44,298 nucleotides of DNA from Gemmatimonadota bacterium (GCA_036679645.1 JAZDCY010000084.1:1-44298); one strand, 5' to 3'. Shown: positions 19,802 through 29,665, numbered from the stretch's first letter. The notes: generated from the letters alone by a model not told the origin. Program-made: numbers and translations.

Positions 19802-19817
19802 AGCAAGGCGTGTACCA
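19802..19817 (-). promoter_or_regulatory. Sigma54 -24/-12 promoter for the flgB-like/fliA/csrA unit
   Basis: TGGTACACGCCTTGCT on the minus strand (GG-N10-GC), immediately downstream of a sigma54 activator gene. Confidence 0.8.
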
Positions 19818-19978
19818 AGCGCGCACGCGCTGGTTGAACACCATCGCAGCATGAGTCAACTTCATGATATACTTGAGGTTAGACAGCGTTACCAGCCGTC
19901 AGAGAGGTGCCCTGGTAGGCGGGGTCCGACTACCCAATGCGGAAAAAGTTTCCGCATGGTTGGTGGCGTTTTTTGCCG

Positions 19979-21361
19979 CTACGACGCCTTGGTGTTCAGC
20001 TTGTTCCGCAGCGTGCGCTCACTTACACCAAGCAGCTTCGCCGCCCGCGAGCGGTTGCCTTCGGTTGTGTGAAGCGCCCGCTGAATCAAGATCGCTTCGA
20101 TCTCGCGCAGGTCGTACAACTCTGGTGGGATGCCGTCATACGGACCGGCCATTCCGTCGGCATTGGTGAGTGCCTGGGCGCGTGGGGCGACCGCCCCCTC
20201 GAGAAAGCCCGCGAACGAATCGGGACCGATCACGCCACCGCCCGCCATGATCACCGCGCGCTCGATCACGTTGCCGAGTTCGCGCACGTTGCCCGGCCAC
20301 CGGTGCGATTGCAACAGGCGGATAGCCTCCGGAGACACGCTCGGCGCGGGGACCTCCAGTTCCTGCGAAACCTTGCGTACGAAATACTGCACCAGTAGCG
20401 GGATGTCTTCGAGGCGTTCGCGAAGTGCCGGGGTGCGGATCGGCACGACTGCGAGACGGTAATAGAGGTCCTCACGGAACTCCCCTTTCTCGAGGGCGGC
20501 CTTGAGATCGCGGTTGGTCGTCGCGACCAGGCGTACGTCAACGGAGATGGACGATGAGCCGCCAACGCGCTCGAACTCCTGCTCCTGGATCACGCGGAGC
20601 AGCTTGGCCTGAAGGTCCAGCCGCATCTCGGAGACCTCGTCGAGCAGCAACGTCCCGCCGTTGGCGCGCTCGAACGCGCCGCACGATCGGGCCGTCGCCC
20701 CAGTAAACGCGCCTTTCTCGTGCCCGAACAGCGCGCTCTCCACCAGCCCCTCCGGAAGGGCCGCACAATTCAACGTGACGAAGGGCCGCTCGTTGCGCGG
20801 GCTCTGCTCGTGAATGGCCCGAGCGAACAGCTCTTTGCCCGTCCCGGACTCACCCTCGAGCAGCACGGTCGCGCGGGTGGGCGCAACGGTGCCCATCGTC
20901 AGCAATGCCTTGCGCAAAGCGGCCGACTCGCCAATGATCTGGCGACTCGTGCGGATCTCACAGAGTTCGCGCCGGAAATTCGCGTTTTCTCGCCGCAACC
21001 GGATCACCTGCAACGCCTGCTCTACCGCCACACGCAAGGTCTCCTGGCGCACCGGCTTGGTCAGATAGTCGATCGCCCCGCTCTTGATCGAGGTAACGGC
21101 GTTCTCGATGCTCGAGTACCCCGTCATCATGATCACCGGGATGTCGTGGCCTTCGTCCTCGAGCCGGCGCAGCAGGTCCACACCCGTAGCTTTGGGCATC
21201 TGGTAATCGGAAAGGATGAGCGCGACCTGATTCTTACGGATCAGGTCGAGTGCGTCATTGACACTGCGCGCGTACAGCGGACGGTGACCCAGCTTGCTGA
21301 GAACGTGTTCAATGACGACGCCGACCGCCGGCTCGTCGTCAACGCAGAGAATAGTGGGCAT
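19979..21361 (-). CDS. Sigma54-dependent response regulator (REC-AAA+-Fis HTH; FleR/FlrC/AtoC-like)
   Basis: GESGTGKE, ESALFGHEKGAFTGA, LLLDE, FREDLYYRL, WPGNVREL and an HTH domain. Confidence 0.95.
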   Translation of the reverse strand: MPTILCVDDEPAVGVVIEHVLSKLGHRPLYARSVNDALDLIRKNQVALILSDYQMPKATGVDLLRRLEDEGHDIPVIMMTGYSSIENAVTSIKSGAIDYLTKPVRQETLRVAVEQALQVIRLRRENANFRRELCEIRTSRQIIGESAALRKALLTMGTVAPTRATVLLEGESGTGKELFARAIHEQSPRNERPFVTLNCAALPEGLVESALFGHEKGAFTGATARSCGAFERANGGTLLLDEVSEMRLDLQAKLLRVIQEQEFERVGGSSSISVDVRLVATTNRDLKAALEKGEFREDLYYRLAVVPIRTPALRERLEDIPLLVQYFVRKVSQELEVPAPSVSPEAIRLLQSHRWPGNVRELGNVIERAVIMAGGGVIGPDSFAGFLEGAVAPRAQALTNADGMAGPYDGIPPELYDLREIEAILIQRALHTTEGNRSRAAKLLGVSERTLRNKLNTKAS

Positions 21362-21689
21362 CGATCCCCGGACCGGTCCATCGGTGAAACCGTCGTGTCC
21401 GACTGCTCGTGGACGCGCTCTCTAAGGCTCGCGCCCACAAGGCCTTAACCGAGCGCCTTTCCATCATAATGGGATGACGGGTGGCAATAAGGCAAATGCG
21501 GTGACGCCGCGGAGAACGGGGGCGCAGCGGCACTCCGTCCCCTTCCCGGTCTGGTTGATCGGCGAGACGGGCCGCCGGAAAACACAATTACCGCGCCCCC
21601 CGCGGACGCGAAGCTCGCGTCGCATTTTGACTGCATGCGGCAGACAGAAATGCCGATACTCAAACGCGAAGGGATGCGATCCGCGTCCC

Positions 21690-21717
21690 TTGAGTTCCTT
21701 TACCTGAGGGCCGATAC
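21690..21717 (+). promoter_or_regulatory. Sigma28-like promoter upstream of flgM
   Basis: TTGAG-N15-GCCGATAC, 23 nt before the ATG. A second GCCGATAC lies at 21652-21659. Confidence 0.6.
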
Positions 21718-21740
21718 TTGAGGGATGACGGGAGTACGCA

Positions 21741-22052
21741 ATGACGATCGACCCCATTCAGTCCGGTCCCGCCTTTGGGCACCGTAAGGTGCAACAGCCC
21801 GACAGCCCGGAGCCCGCTGCGGAGAGCCGCGGCGCGAAAACTCGCCCGAGCGACCAACACGACCGGGTCGAGTTTTCCAGCGCGGATCGCGAGCTCGCCA
21901 AACTGATCGAGGGCGCCGGACCGCCCGGGCTCGAGGTCTCAGCGGACCGTCTCCGCGAGATCGCGCAACGGCTTGCCGAGGGCCACTACAATTCGCCCGA
22001 GGTGCGCGAGGACGTCGCCCGAGCGATCCTCAACGAGTTGCGCGGCGGCTGA
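21741..22052 (+). CDS. flgM: Anti-sigma28 factor FlgM-like protein
   Basis: Low-complexity N-terminus, DRVEFS and DRLREIAQRLAEGHY...VARAIL FlgM C-terminal pattern. Adjacent to fliA. Confidence 0.75.
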   Translation: MTIDPIQSGPAFGHRKVQQPDSPEPAAESRGAKTRPSDQHDRVEFSSADRELAKLIEGAGPPGLEVSADRLREIAQRLAEGHYNSPEVREDVARAILNELRGG

Positions 22053-22056
22053 GGCC

Positions 22057-22491
22057 ATGACCGGCGTCACACCACCATCACAGCCAACACCACTCAACCC
22101 AATCCGGGGCCATATCCTCCTGGTCGATGATGAAGACGCGGTACGCCGCGTCGTCGGGACATTGCTCCAGAAACTGGGATACCAGGTCACACGCGCCGCG
22201 AGCGGCACCGCCGCCCTCGCCGCCCTCCAAGAGCACGACTACGACGTGATGATCTGCGATCTCTGCATGCCCGAACTATCGGGTGCAGAGGTCTACGCCC
22301 GAATGGAGCACGAGCATCCGTCAATGACCAACCGGGTCGTGTTCACCAGCGGCGATCTCGAGACCGACAACGCGCGCGCGCTCCTCGCCCGAGCCGGCGG
22401 CCCTGGCGTTCAGAAGCCCTACGATATCGAGACCCTGCTCACAGCGGTACGCACGGTGCAGGCCTCGACACCTCAACGCAAATCGGCGTAG
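22057..22491 (+). CDS. Single-domain response regulator (REC)
   Basis: ILLVDDE, CDLCMPELSG, FTSG and QKPY motifs. Confidence 0.88.
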   Translation: MTGVTPPSQPTPLNPIRGHILLVDDEDAVRRVVGTLLQKLGYQVTRAASGTAALAALQEHDYDVMICDLCMPELSGAEVYARMEHEHPSMTNRVVFTSGDLETDNARALLARAGGPGVQKPYDIETLLTAVRTVQASTPQRKSA

Positions 22492-22663
22492 CACCCGCCT
22501 CCCCCGTTACCACAGCACCGCCGGGAAGGCAAGCCAGCAACGGGTGGGCCGCGCGATGCCACCGAACTCACAGATACTCGCTAGCCGAGGCCTGCAAACC
22601 CTCTCGCGCCAACGAGTATCTAACCTCCGGATCACCACTTCATCGCAGCACCGGAGGAGAGTC

Positions 22664-23746
22664 ATGCACAGCACCGTTTCCGCCGTTCGCTCCGCGATCG
22701 GCCTGGCAGTCATGGCAGCAGCGTTGGCCGCGACCGCGTCTCCAGCAACTGCGCAACGGTACGAGTTGAGCGGTGGGCGGGTTGCAGTCTACAACCTCGC
22801 CGGCGAGATCACGTTGGAGCCGGGGTCCGGGTCGGCCGTCATCGTCACCGTGACCCGGGGCGGCGCCGACGGCGACGCGCTCGACGTTGAGACCGGTCCC
22901 CTCAATGGGTGGGAGACGCTGCGGGTGCTCTATCCCGAGGACGACATCATCTATCGGCCGCGTGGACGCCGGAGCCGCATGCAAACCACGATCCGGGTCC
23001 GCGAGGACGGCACGTTCGGCGACGGCAACCGTCACGATCGACGCCGGCGAGGGCGTCGCGTGGAGATCCATTCCTCGGGCCGCGGGTTCGAGGGGTGGGC
23101 AGATCTCACCATCCAAATTCCGCGAGGCAAGCAGTTCGCCATCAACCTCGGCGCGGGCACGGTGTCGGCCAGCAACATCGATGGGAACATCCATATAGAC
23201 ACACACTCCGGCGGTGTCAGCGCGACCGGGATGCAGGGCCCACTGTCGATCGACACCGGATCCGGCAGCATCGAGGTGACGGATGCGCAAGGGGATCTCA
23301 ACCTCGATACCGGATCGGGCGGGGTCGATGTCTCGGGCATCGCAGGTGAATCTCTGCGTATCGATACGGGATCGGGCTCCGTGATCGCGTCGCAGATTAC
23401 GGTGACGGACCTGGACATCGACACCGGCTCGGGCCGGATAGACGTCACCGACGCAAGCGCCCAGCACATCGTCATGGACACGGGCAGCGGCTCGGTCCGT
23501 GCCACATTCCACGGGTACGTCGAGAACGTAGCGGTCGATACTGGATCCGGCAGCGTCACGCTCACACTGCCGGAGACATTTTCTGCCACGGTGGACATCG
23601 AGACCGGCTCGGGCGGGATCGACCTGGACTTCCCAGTCGAGGTTCAGCGTTGGGAACGCGACCACGTGCGTGGGGTCATCGGCGACGGGCGGGGACGGCT
23701 CACGATCGACACGGGGTCCGGCAGCATCACGATCCGGCAGGGGTGA
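22664..23746 (+). CDS. Exported DUF4097-family beta-strand repeat protein
   Basis: Signal peptide and many DTGSG repeats. GGAGGAG RBS. A weak ECF-like GCAAAC-N17-TATCTA lies at 22594-22622. Confidence 0.88.
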   Translation: MHSTVSAVRSAIGLAVMAAALAATASPATAQRYELSGGRVAVYNLAGEITLEPGSGSAVIVTVTRGGADGDALDVETGPLNGWETLRVLYPEDDIIYRPRGRRSRMQTTIRVREDGTFGDGNRHDRRRRGRRVEIHSSGRGFEGWADLTIQIPRGKQFAINLGAGTVSASNIDGNIHIDTHSGGVSATGMQGPLSIDTGSGSIEVTDAQGDLNLDTGSGGVDVSGIAGESLRIDTGSGSVIASQITVTDLDIDTGSGRIDVTDASAQHIVMDTGSGSVRATFHGYVENVAVDTGSGSVTLTLPETFSATVDIETGSGGIDLDFPVEVQRWERDHVRGVIGDGRGRLTIDTGSGSITIRQG

Positions 23747-23755
23747 GCGGTAGGC

Positions 23756-23801
23756 GGTGCGCAGTGCGCGGGAGATCCGTTCTCACCGCTCACTGCGCAC
23801 C
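23756..23801. repeat. ~20-bp imperfect inverted repeat built from heptamer units
   Basis: GGTGCGCAGTGCGCGGGAGA pairs with TCTCACCGCTCACTGCGCACC. Confidence 0.75.
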
Positions 23802-23861
23802 CCCCACCCGCTTGTCACCGCCCCTTCCATCGCCCCGCATCGCCCACCATTTTCCCTCTTC

Positions 23862-24983
23862 ATGAGGCCCTTCGTTCCGTTTGAGCTCGAGCGCTGGCAA
23901 AGCGTGTGGGAACATCGCGTCCGCTTCAACCTGTCGGAAAGCGGCGTCCACCCCTTGTCGATCGGCGAGCTTCTCGACCTCTCGGGTGGCGATCTCGCGG
24001 ACCTCGCCGAGTTGCGCATGATCTACAACCAAGGCGACGGGTCCGACGAGCTGCGATCCGCCGTCGCCGCCCTCTATCCCGGCGCGACCGAAGCCAACAT
24101 CACCGTCACGCTGGGCAGCTCCGAAGCCAACTTCATTGCCTGCTGGACTGTGATCGAACCCGGCGACCACGTCGCCATCCTCATGCCGGCGTACAAGCAG
24201 ACGTGGGGGTTGGCAAAGAACTTCGGCGCGGACCTCTCGACCTTCGCGCTATCGTTTGCCAGCGGATGGGAACCGGATCCTGACGACATTGCGCGCGCCA
24301 TTACCGATGATACGAAACTCGTGATCGTGACCAATCCGAACAATCCGACAGGCCACGTGCTCTCGGATACCGCGCGGGCGGCAATCGTGGCGCGGGCCCA
24401 AGCCGTTGGTGCTTGGCTGCTCGTGGACGAAGTGTATCAGGGCGCGGAGCGCGACGGGCGGACGACAGCCAGCTTCTGGGGCAGCTACGAGCGCGTCATC
24501 GTCAGCAACGGGCTCTCGAAGGCGTACGGCCTGCCGGGTCTCCGGATCGGGTGGCTGGTCACCCCACCGGATTTCAAGCGGCAGGTCATCCGCAGACACG
24601 ACTATGCCGTCATTTGCCCCAGCCCGGCGAGCGACTACCTCGCCCGCCAGGCGCTCGCGGTACGCGAGCGCATTCTCGAGCGTACTCGCGGGATTCTGCG
24701 AGAGAACTACCCCTTGCTCGACCGATGGCTGAAGAGCTTCAATGGCCTGTTTGAATGGCACCCGCCCGAATGCGGCGCAATCTGCTTCGTACGGTATCGG
24801 CATTCGCTCACCGCGCTTGACCTCGTGGAACGCATCCGCAGCGAGCACGACATGCTGCTGGTTCCCGGAGAGCATTTCGACATACCCGGTCACCTACGGC
24901 TCGGTTACGGCAACGAGCGCGAGGAGCTGGAGATCGCGTTGGACCACCTGCGGCCGGCGATCGGTGACCTGCTGGGAGACTGA
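23862..24983 (+). CDS. PLP-dependent aminotransferase class I/II
   Basis: NLSESG, TNPNNPTG, DEVY and GLSKAYGLPGLRIGW motifs. Confidence 0.93.
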   Translation: MRPFVPFELERWQSVWEHRVRFNLSESGVHPLSIGELLDLSGGDLADLAELRMIYNQGDGSDELRSAVAALYPGATEANITVTLGSSEANFIACWTVIEPGDHVAILMPAYKQTWGLAKNFGADLSTFALSFASGWEPDPDDIARAITDDTKLVIVTNPNNPTGHVLSDTARAAIVARAQAVGAWLLVDEVYQGAERDGRTTASFWGSYERVIVSNGLSKAYGLPGLRIGWLVTPPDFKRQVIRRHDYAVICPSPASDYLARQALAVRERILERTRGILRENYPLLDRWLKSFNGLFEWHPPECGAICFVRYRHSLTALDLVERIRSEHDMLLVPGEHFDIPGHLRLGYGNEREELEIALDHLRPAIGDLLGD

Positions 24984-25008
24984 CGGGGTGTGCAGGACTG
25001 ACGGTGCA

Positions 25009-25050
25009 CCAATCTCCAATCTCCAATCTCCAATCTCTACTCTCTAATCT
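25009..25050. repeat. Heptamer tandem repeat (CCAATCT x4 plus two degenerate units) between convergent genes
   Basis: Read directly from the sequence. Confidence 0.9.
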
Positions 25051-25052
25051 CT

Positions 25053-27236
25053 CTACGGCGTCAGCTCAGCTCGCGCCGCGAGGTTCCGTGCCAACCAGTC
25101 CGTGAACAACGTGTACAGGTTGACACGTGTGGTGCGGCCTGCGATTGAGTGCGTCTTGTTGGGGTAGATGCGCAGGTCGAACTGTTTGTCCGCGTTCTCG
25201 AGCCGCTCCACGAGCTGCGTCGTGTTCTGCATGTGCACGTTGTCGTCTCCCGACCCGTGTACCAGGAGAAAACGTCCGCGCAACCGGTTCGCATACTCCA
25301 GCGGCGCGCCACGCGTGTATCCGTCCGCGTTCTCCTCGGGCGTGCGCATGTACCGTTCGGTGTAGATCGTGTCGTAGAACCGCCAGTCTGTCACCGGTGC
25401 CACCGATATCGCCGCGCTAAAGACACCATCTCCCTGGAAGAGCGAAAGCGAGGACATGTATCCGCCATAACTCCATCCCCAAATACCGACTCGCGATTCA
25501 TCGACATACGGCAACTCGGCAAAATAGCGGGCCGCGGCAATCTGATCCGCGGATTCTAGCTGGCCGAGCCGGCGGTAGACGTCCTTCGTGAAGTCGCGAC
25601 CGCGCCAGCCAGTCCCGCGGTTATCTACGCTGGCCACGATGAATCCCTGCTGTGCCAGCAGTTGGTGCCACAGGTAGCGCCCACCTCCCCAAACGTCACG
25701 CACCGTCTGGGATCGGGGTCCACCGTAGACATACATCAGCAGTGGATACTGGTGCGTCGAGTCGAAATCCGCCGGCTTGATGACCCATGCGTTCAGGTCC
25801 GTTCCGTCCGCACCAGGCACCGTGAGGAACTCTGGCGGGGCCATCGCTAGACGCGACAATCGTTCCTGCAGCGTGCTGTTGTCGGCAATGGTCCGAAGTA
25901 TGTGGCCATCGGCGCGGTGCAGCGTCTGGACGGGCGGACGGGCGGCCGTCGAATACCTGTCGACGTAGTAGTCGAACGACCGAGAGAAACTCACACCGTG
26001 CGTGCCCGCGCCCTCACTGATGCGCCGCACCCCGGGTCGCTCGAGATCGGCGCGGTAGAGCTGCCGGTCGAGCGGGCCCTCACCAACCCCCATGAAGTAG
26101 ACAACATCGCGGTCGTCATCGACGCCGAGAACGGCGGTCACGTCCCACGCCTCAGGCGTGAGCGTCCGCAGGAGGTTTCCGTCTCGTGAGAACACGTACA
26201 GATGGTAGAATCCGTCTCGTTCGCTGCGGAAGAGAAAGCGCTGCCCCTCATCGAACCAGATCGGTTCGTTGGCATCGACCCAAGCGGAATCCGCGTCGGT
26301 CATGATCACCCGTGCGGTCCCGGTTCGCGTATCGGCAAGCATGAGGTCGAGCCGGTTTTGATGCCGGTTGAGCCGCGTGAGCCACACCTCGTCCGCGGTC
26401 CCCGCGAAATCCATGGCCGCTACGTAAATATCGGCGTCGGGGCCGAGATCGACCCACGTCGTCTCGGAGGTCCGGAGATCTACCACCCCGATCCGGACCG
26501 TCGAGTTGTCGGTTCCCGCCTTGGGATACCGTACGGGAGTCACTTCGGGATAAAGCTGCATTTCGTCGATGAGATAGAACGGCGGGATTGCACTCTGATC
26601 GAGTCGCCAGAATGCCACACGGTGCCCATCGGGGCTGAACCGAAAGGCGTCGCGGAGGCCCAACTCCTCCTCGTATACCCAGTCCGTCGTCCCGTTGATG
26701 ATGTTCTCGTCACCATCGTTTGTGAGCTGCTGCTCTGTACCGGTCGCCAGCTCGGTCACGAACAGGTTGTTGTCGCGCACGAAACCGACCAGGGCGGCGT
26801 CGGGCGAAAACTTGGCGAACATCTGGAAGCCGGGCTGACGGCTGACGGGTTGCAGTCGCTCCCGCTCGAAGTCCCAGACGAAGTACTCCCCCTTGGTATT
26901 CTGGCGCCAGACGCGCTGCGAGTTGGTAAAGATCAGGAGTTTCTTACCGTCGGAGGAAAACGCATACGACTCGATATCGATCGGGCCGTCACCTGCTGAT
27001 GGAATCAGATCATCTCTTCGCAGAAGGAGCGTCCGGTCTCCGGAACGGATATCGATCCGGTACAGGTCCCCGCCCTCCAGCGCGCTGTAGTACCGGTCGT
27101 CGGGCATCCACCGGATGGATACGAGATCGCTGGCAAACTCGGAGGAGCCCCAGATTCGTTGCACGGTCAGGGCGTCCTGTGCCTGGAGTGGGACGGCACT
27201 GCATAGGACGACGAGCCCAGAGAGTACTGCACGCAT
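25053..27236 (-). CDS. S9B dipeptidyl peptidase IV-family serine peptidase
   Basis: Signal peptide, DWVYEEE, YPKAG, GWSYGG, HGSGDDNVH and KTHSI. Confidence 0.95.
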   Translation of the reverse strand: MRAVLSGLVVLCSAVPLQAQDALTVQRIWGSSEFASDLVSIRWMPDDRYYSALEGGDLYRIDIRSGDRTLLLRRDDLIPSAGDGPIDIESYAFSSDGKKLLIFTNSQRVWRQNTKGEYFVWDFERERLQPVSRQPGFQMFAKFSPDAALVGFVRDNNLFVTELATGTEQQLTNDGDENIINGTTDWVYEEELGLRDAFRFSPDGHRVAFWRLDQSAIPPFYLIDEMQLYPEVTPVRYPKAGTDNSTVRIGVVDLRTSETTWVDLGPDADIYVAAMDFAGTADEVWLTRLNRHQNRLDLMLADTRTGTARVIMTDADSAWVDANEPIWFDEGQRFLFRSERDGFYHLYVFSRDGNLLRTLTPEAWDVTAVLGVDDDRDVVYFMGVGEGPLDRQLYRADLERPGVRRISEGAGTHGVSFSRSFDYYVDRYSTAARPPVQTLHRADGHILRTIADNSTLQERLSRLAMAPPEFLTVPGADGTDLNAWVIKPADFDSTHQYPLLMYVYGGPRSQTVRDVWGGGRYLWHQLLAQQGFIVASVDNRGTGWRGRDFTKDVYRRLGQLESADQIAAARYFAELPYVDESRVGIWGWSYGGYMSSLSLFQGDGVFSAAISVAPVTDWRFYDTIYTERYMRTPEENADGYTRGAPLEYANRLRGRFLLVHGSGDDNVHMQNTTQLVERLENADKQFDLRIYPNKTHSIAGRTTRVNLYTLFTDWLARNLAARAELTP

Positions 27237-27259
27237 GTAATGTCTCGTTGGATTGGGAG

Positions 27260-28081
27260 TTACGTGTCGCTCGAGGGTTTGATGATGCCGACCCGTTCGA
27301 GCGTCTCTGCGATCGCGCCGAGCAACGTATCGACCTCGAAGGGTTTCGGGACGATCGCACACCCCGACCGCTCGAGAAACGCGCGGGTTTCCGGCCGCGT
27401 GTAGTCGCCCGTCACAAACACGAAGCGACTGGCGAGTTCCGGATGCTGTTCCTCGACCTGTTCGAACAACGCGCGGCCACCGAGCACGGGCATCCTGATG
27501 TCGCAGATGACACAGTCCATGTCGTTTCCTTCCAGGACATGCCACGCCTCGACCCCGTCGCGCGCGGGCGTCACCCGGTGTCCCAGCTTCTCGAGCATGC
27601 GAGTGATCACCTCGCGGTTGCTCGCGTCGTCCTCGACGACAAGAATGTTCGCGGGCCGCACCGGAGCGTCCCGCAAGATCTGGTAGGTAGTAGGAATAGT
27701 ATCGGGCGCAAAGGAGCTGACGCGGCGTAGGAGACCGGCGGTGATGGCATTCGCCCGCTTGATCTCCGTATCCACCTGCTCGAGGTATCCAACCAAGATC
27801 CGGTCGAGCCGCGCCCGCTCGACGTTAGCGATGATGCCGCCGATCGCGGCGAGCCGGTTGTTGAGGGCGTTCGCCGCATCGGCAACTTCTGTACGGAGAA
27901 ACTGCACCCACGCAGCCATCAGCACGCCGGGTGCTCGGGTTCCGGCCTCGGCTCCCGGGACACCGCCCAACTGGAGAGCGACGAGCGCCTGCGCCGTGTC
28001 GTCCGCTTCCCTGGCGTACCGTGCGCCGCGGCGGTTGAGCAAGAGCGCCGCGACGGCGACAACCGCCACGGCCGCTAGCAC
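27260..28081 (-). CDS. Membrane-anchored response regulator with a degenerate HisKA-like helix and C-terminal REC; start possibly ACG at 28099
   Basis: N-terminal TM helix, AANALNNRLAAI, ILVVEDD, CDIRMP, FVTG and PKPF. Confidence 0.8.
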   Translation of the reverse strand: MLAAVAVVAVAALLLNRRGARYAREADDTAQALVALQLGGVPGAEAGTRAPGVLMAAWVQFLRTEVADAANALNNRLAAIGGIIANVERARLDRILVGYLEQVDTEIKRANAITAGLLRRVSSFAPDTIPTTYQILRDAPVRPANILVVEDDASNREVITRMLEKLGHRVTPARDGVEAWHVLEGNDMDCVICDIRMPVLGGRALFEQVEEQHPELASRFVFVTGDYTRPETRAFLERSGCAIVPKPFEVDTLLGAIAETLERVGIIKPSSDT

Positions 28082-28127
28082 TAGGTCTCGGATTTCCGTC
28101 GCTACCTCCCAATCGGCCGCCGCAACG

Positions 28128-28556
28128 TCAGGCGGGCTGGCCGCAAAACGTATCGAACGCCGCGGTCAGGTCGGCGGCGATCTCCGGCGCCTCGCGGCCC
28201 TCGATGTCTTTCCGCTCGAGCATGTGGAGCAACCGCCCGTTCTTGAGGAGCGAGATCTGCGGGGATGACGGTGGATACCCTTCGAAGTACTGCCGCGCAC
28301 GATCGGTCGCTTCCAGATCCATCCCGGCGAAGACGGTCGTGAGACGCACCGGGGTCACACCATGCCGCAGCGCGAGCGCGACGCCGGGCCGGGCCTTCCC
28401 TGCCGCGCAACCGCACACCGAGTTCACGACCAACAGCACGGTCTCGTCCCGCGCCGCCAGGACCTGATCAACGTCGGCGGCGGATTTCAGTTCCTGAAAG
28501 CCGAGCGTGGTGAGTTCGTCACGCATAGGCTGAACAAGCTGCGGATCGTATCGCAC
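28128..28556 (-). CDS. BrxA/BrxB-family bacilliredoxin (YphP/YqiW)
   Basis: PMRDELT, VNSVCGCAAGKARP, TVFAG.D and PPSSP motifs. Confidence 0.93.
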   Translation of the reverse strand: MRYDPQLVQPMRDELTTLGFQELKSAADVDQVLAARDETVLLVVNSVCGCAAGKARPGVALALRHGVTPVRLTTVFAGMDLEATDRARQYFEGYPPSSPQISLLKNGRLLHMLERKDIEGREAPEIAADLTAAFDTFCGQPA

Positions 28557-28607
28557 GGGTACTCCCTCGTTCTAGATGATGCCTCGTGAAGAAAGATACA
28601 CCCGAGC

Positions 28608-29552
28608 TCAGGCAGGGTGAGATGCGGCGCGTGTGGGCTGCCACACTGCGGCCCGACCCGTAATGTCGATGTCGGGAAACTGTGCCGGGTGTAGCAGCCG
28701 TCCGAGCAACTCGATCCCGTCCACGACACGCGGGCCCGAGCGATTGAAGTAGGCCGAACCATCGACGACAAAGGCGCGACCCGCCGCTATCGCGCGCGGC
28801 GCGACGGCGAGCAGCCGCTCCCGATACCGGTCAGCCTCCTCTCGTGCCCGATCCAGCCCGTACCCGCACGGCAGCACCAGCACGACATCGGGATCCGCGC
28901 CGTCGAGCGCCCCCCACTCAACCTGCTGCGACCGGCGACCCGGGGACCCAAAGAGCGAGCGCCCGCCAGCCGCCTCGATCATCTCGGGACCCCAGTGTCC
29001 CGGCACGAAAACCGGGTCCAGCCACTCCAGTGCCATCACGTTGGCGTGGGGATGGGGATCGCACGCCACCCGCTCCCGTACGTCGTCGATCCGCTTTCGC
29101 AATTGGGAAACCAGCGCACGGCCGCGATGCGACACGCCAGCCGCCTCGGCCACACGCTCGACCGTGCCCAGGATCTCCTCGATGGAATGCGCATCTAGCG
29201 ACACCACGGCGGGGTCGCCTCCAACGGCCAACGCCGCCTGTCGGGCAAGCGACGTCGGTACGGCGCACACCTCGCACACGTCCTGGGTCAGGAGCAGATC
29301 GGGCGCCGCTTCCCGAAGCGCATCCACATCCAGCTGGTAGACACTGCCGTGCGCGCGCATCGCGTCCCGCACGGCGACGTCGATCTGCGCGCTGGTCAAC
29401 GTCGCGGGATCGAAACGAGGCCGGCTGACCCGCGGCCGATCGAGAATGGCCGCCGGAAAGTCACACTCGTGCGAGATTGCGATGAGCTGATCGGCAAGAT
29501 CGAGCGCGCACACGATTTCCGTGGCGCTGGCCAGCAGTGAGGCGATACGCAC
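28608..29552 (-). CDS. BtuF/cobalamin-binding-like substrate-binding protein, no obvious signal peptide
   Basis: RIASLLASATEIV, SHECDFP, TQDVCEVCAV, LEWLDP, GHW.PEM and YFNRSGPR. GTG start at 29552 inferred. Confidence 0.85.
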   Translation of the reverse strand: MRIASLLASATEIVCALDLADQLIAISHECDFPAAILDRPRVSRPRFDPATLTSAQIDVAVRDAMRAHGSVYQLDVDALREAAPDLLLTQDVCEVCAVPTSLARQAALAVGGDPAVVSLDAHSIEEILGTVERVAEAAGVSHRGRALVSQLRKRIDDVRERVACDPHPHANVMALEWLDPVFVPGHWGPEMIEAAGGRSLFGSPGRRSQQVEWGALDGADPDVVLVLPCGYGLDRAREEADRYRERLLAVAPRAIAAGRAFVVDGSAYFNRSGPRVVDGIELLGRLLHPAQFPDIDITGRAAVWQPTRAASHPA

Positions 29553-29665
29553 CAGCGAAAGATGGCCAGCCCCCATCACCGTGGCAAACGCGGTCACTTG
29601 ACAGTATCGCGGTGACTGTCCAACATACGGCGACCTAGACCATAACGATGTTTTTTGGAGCGAAT

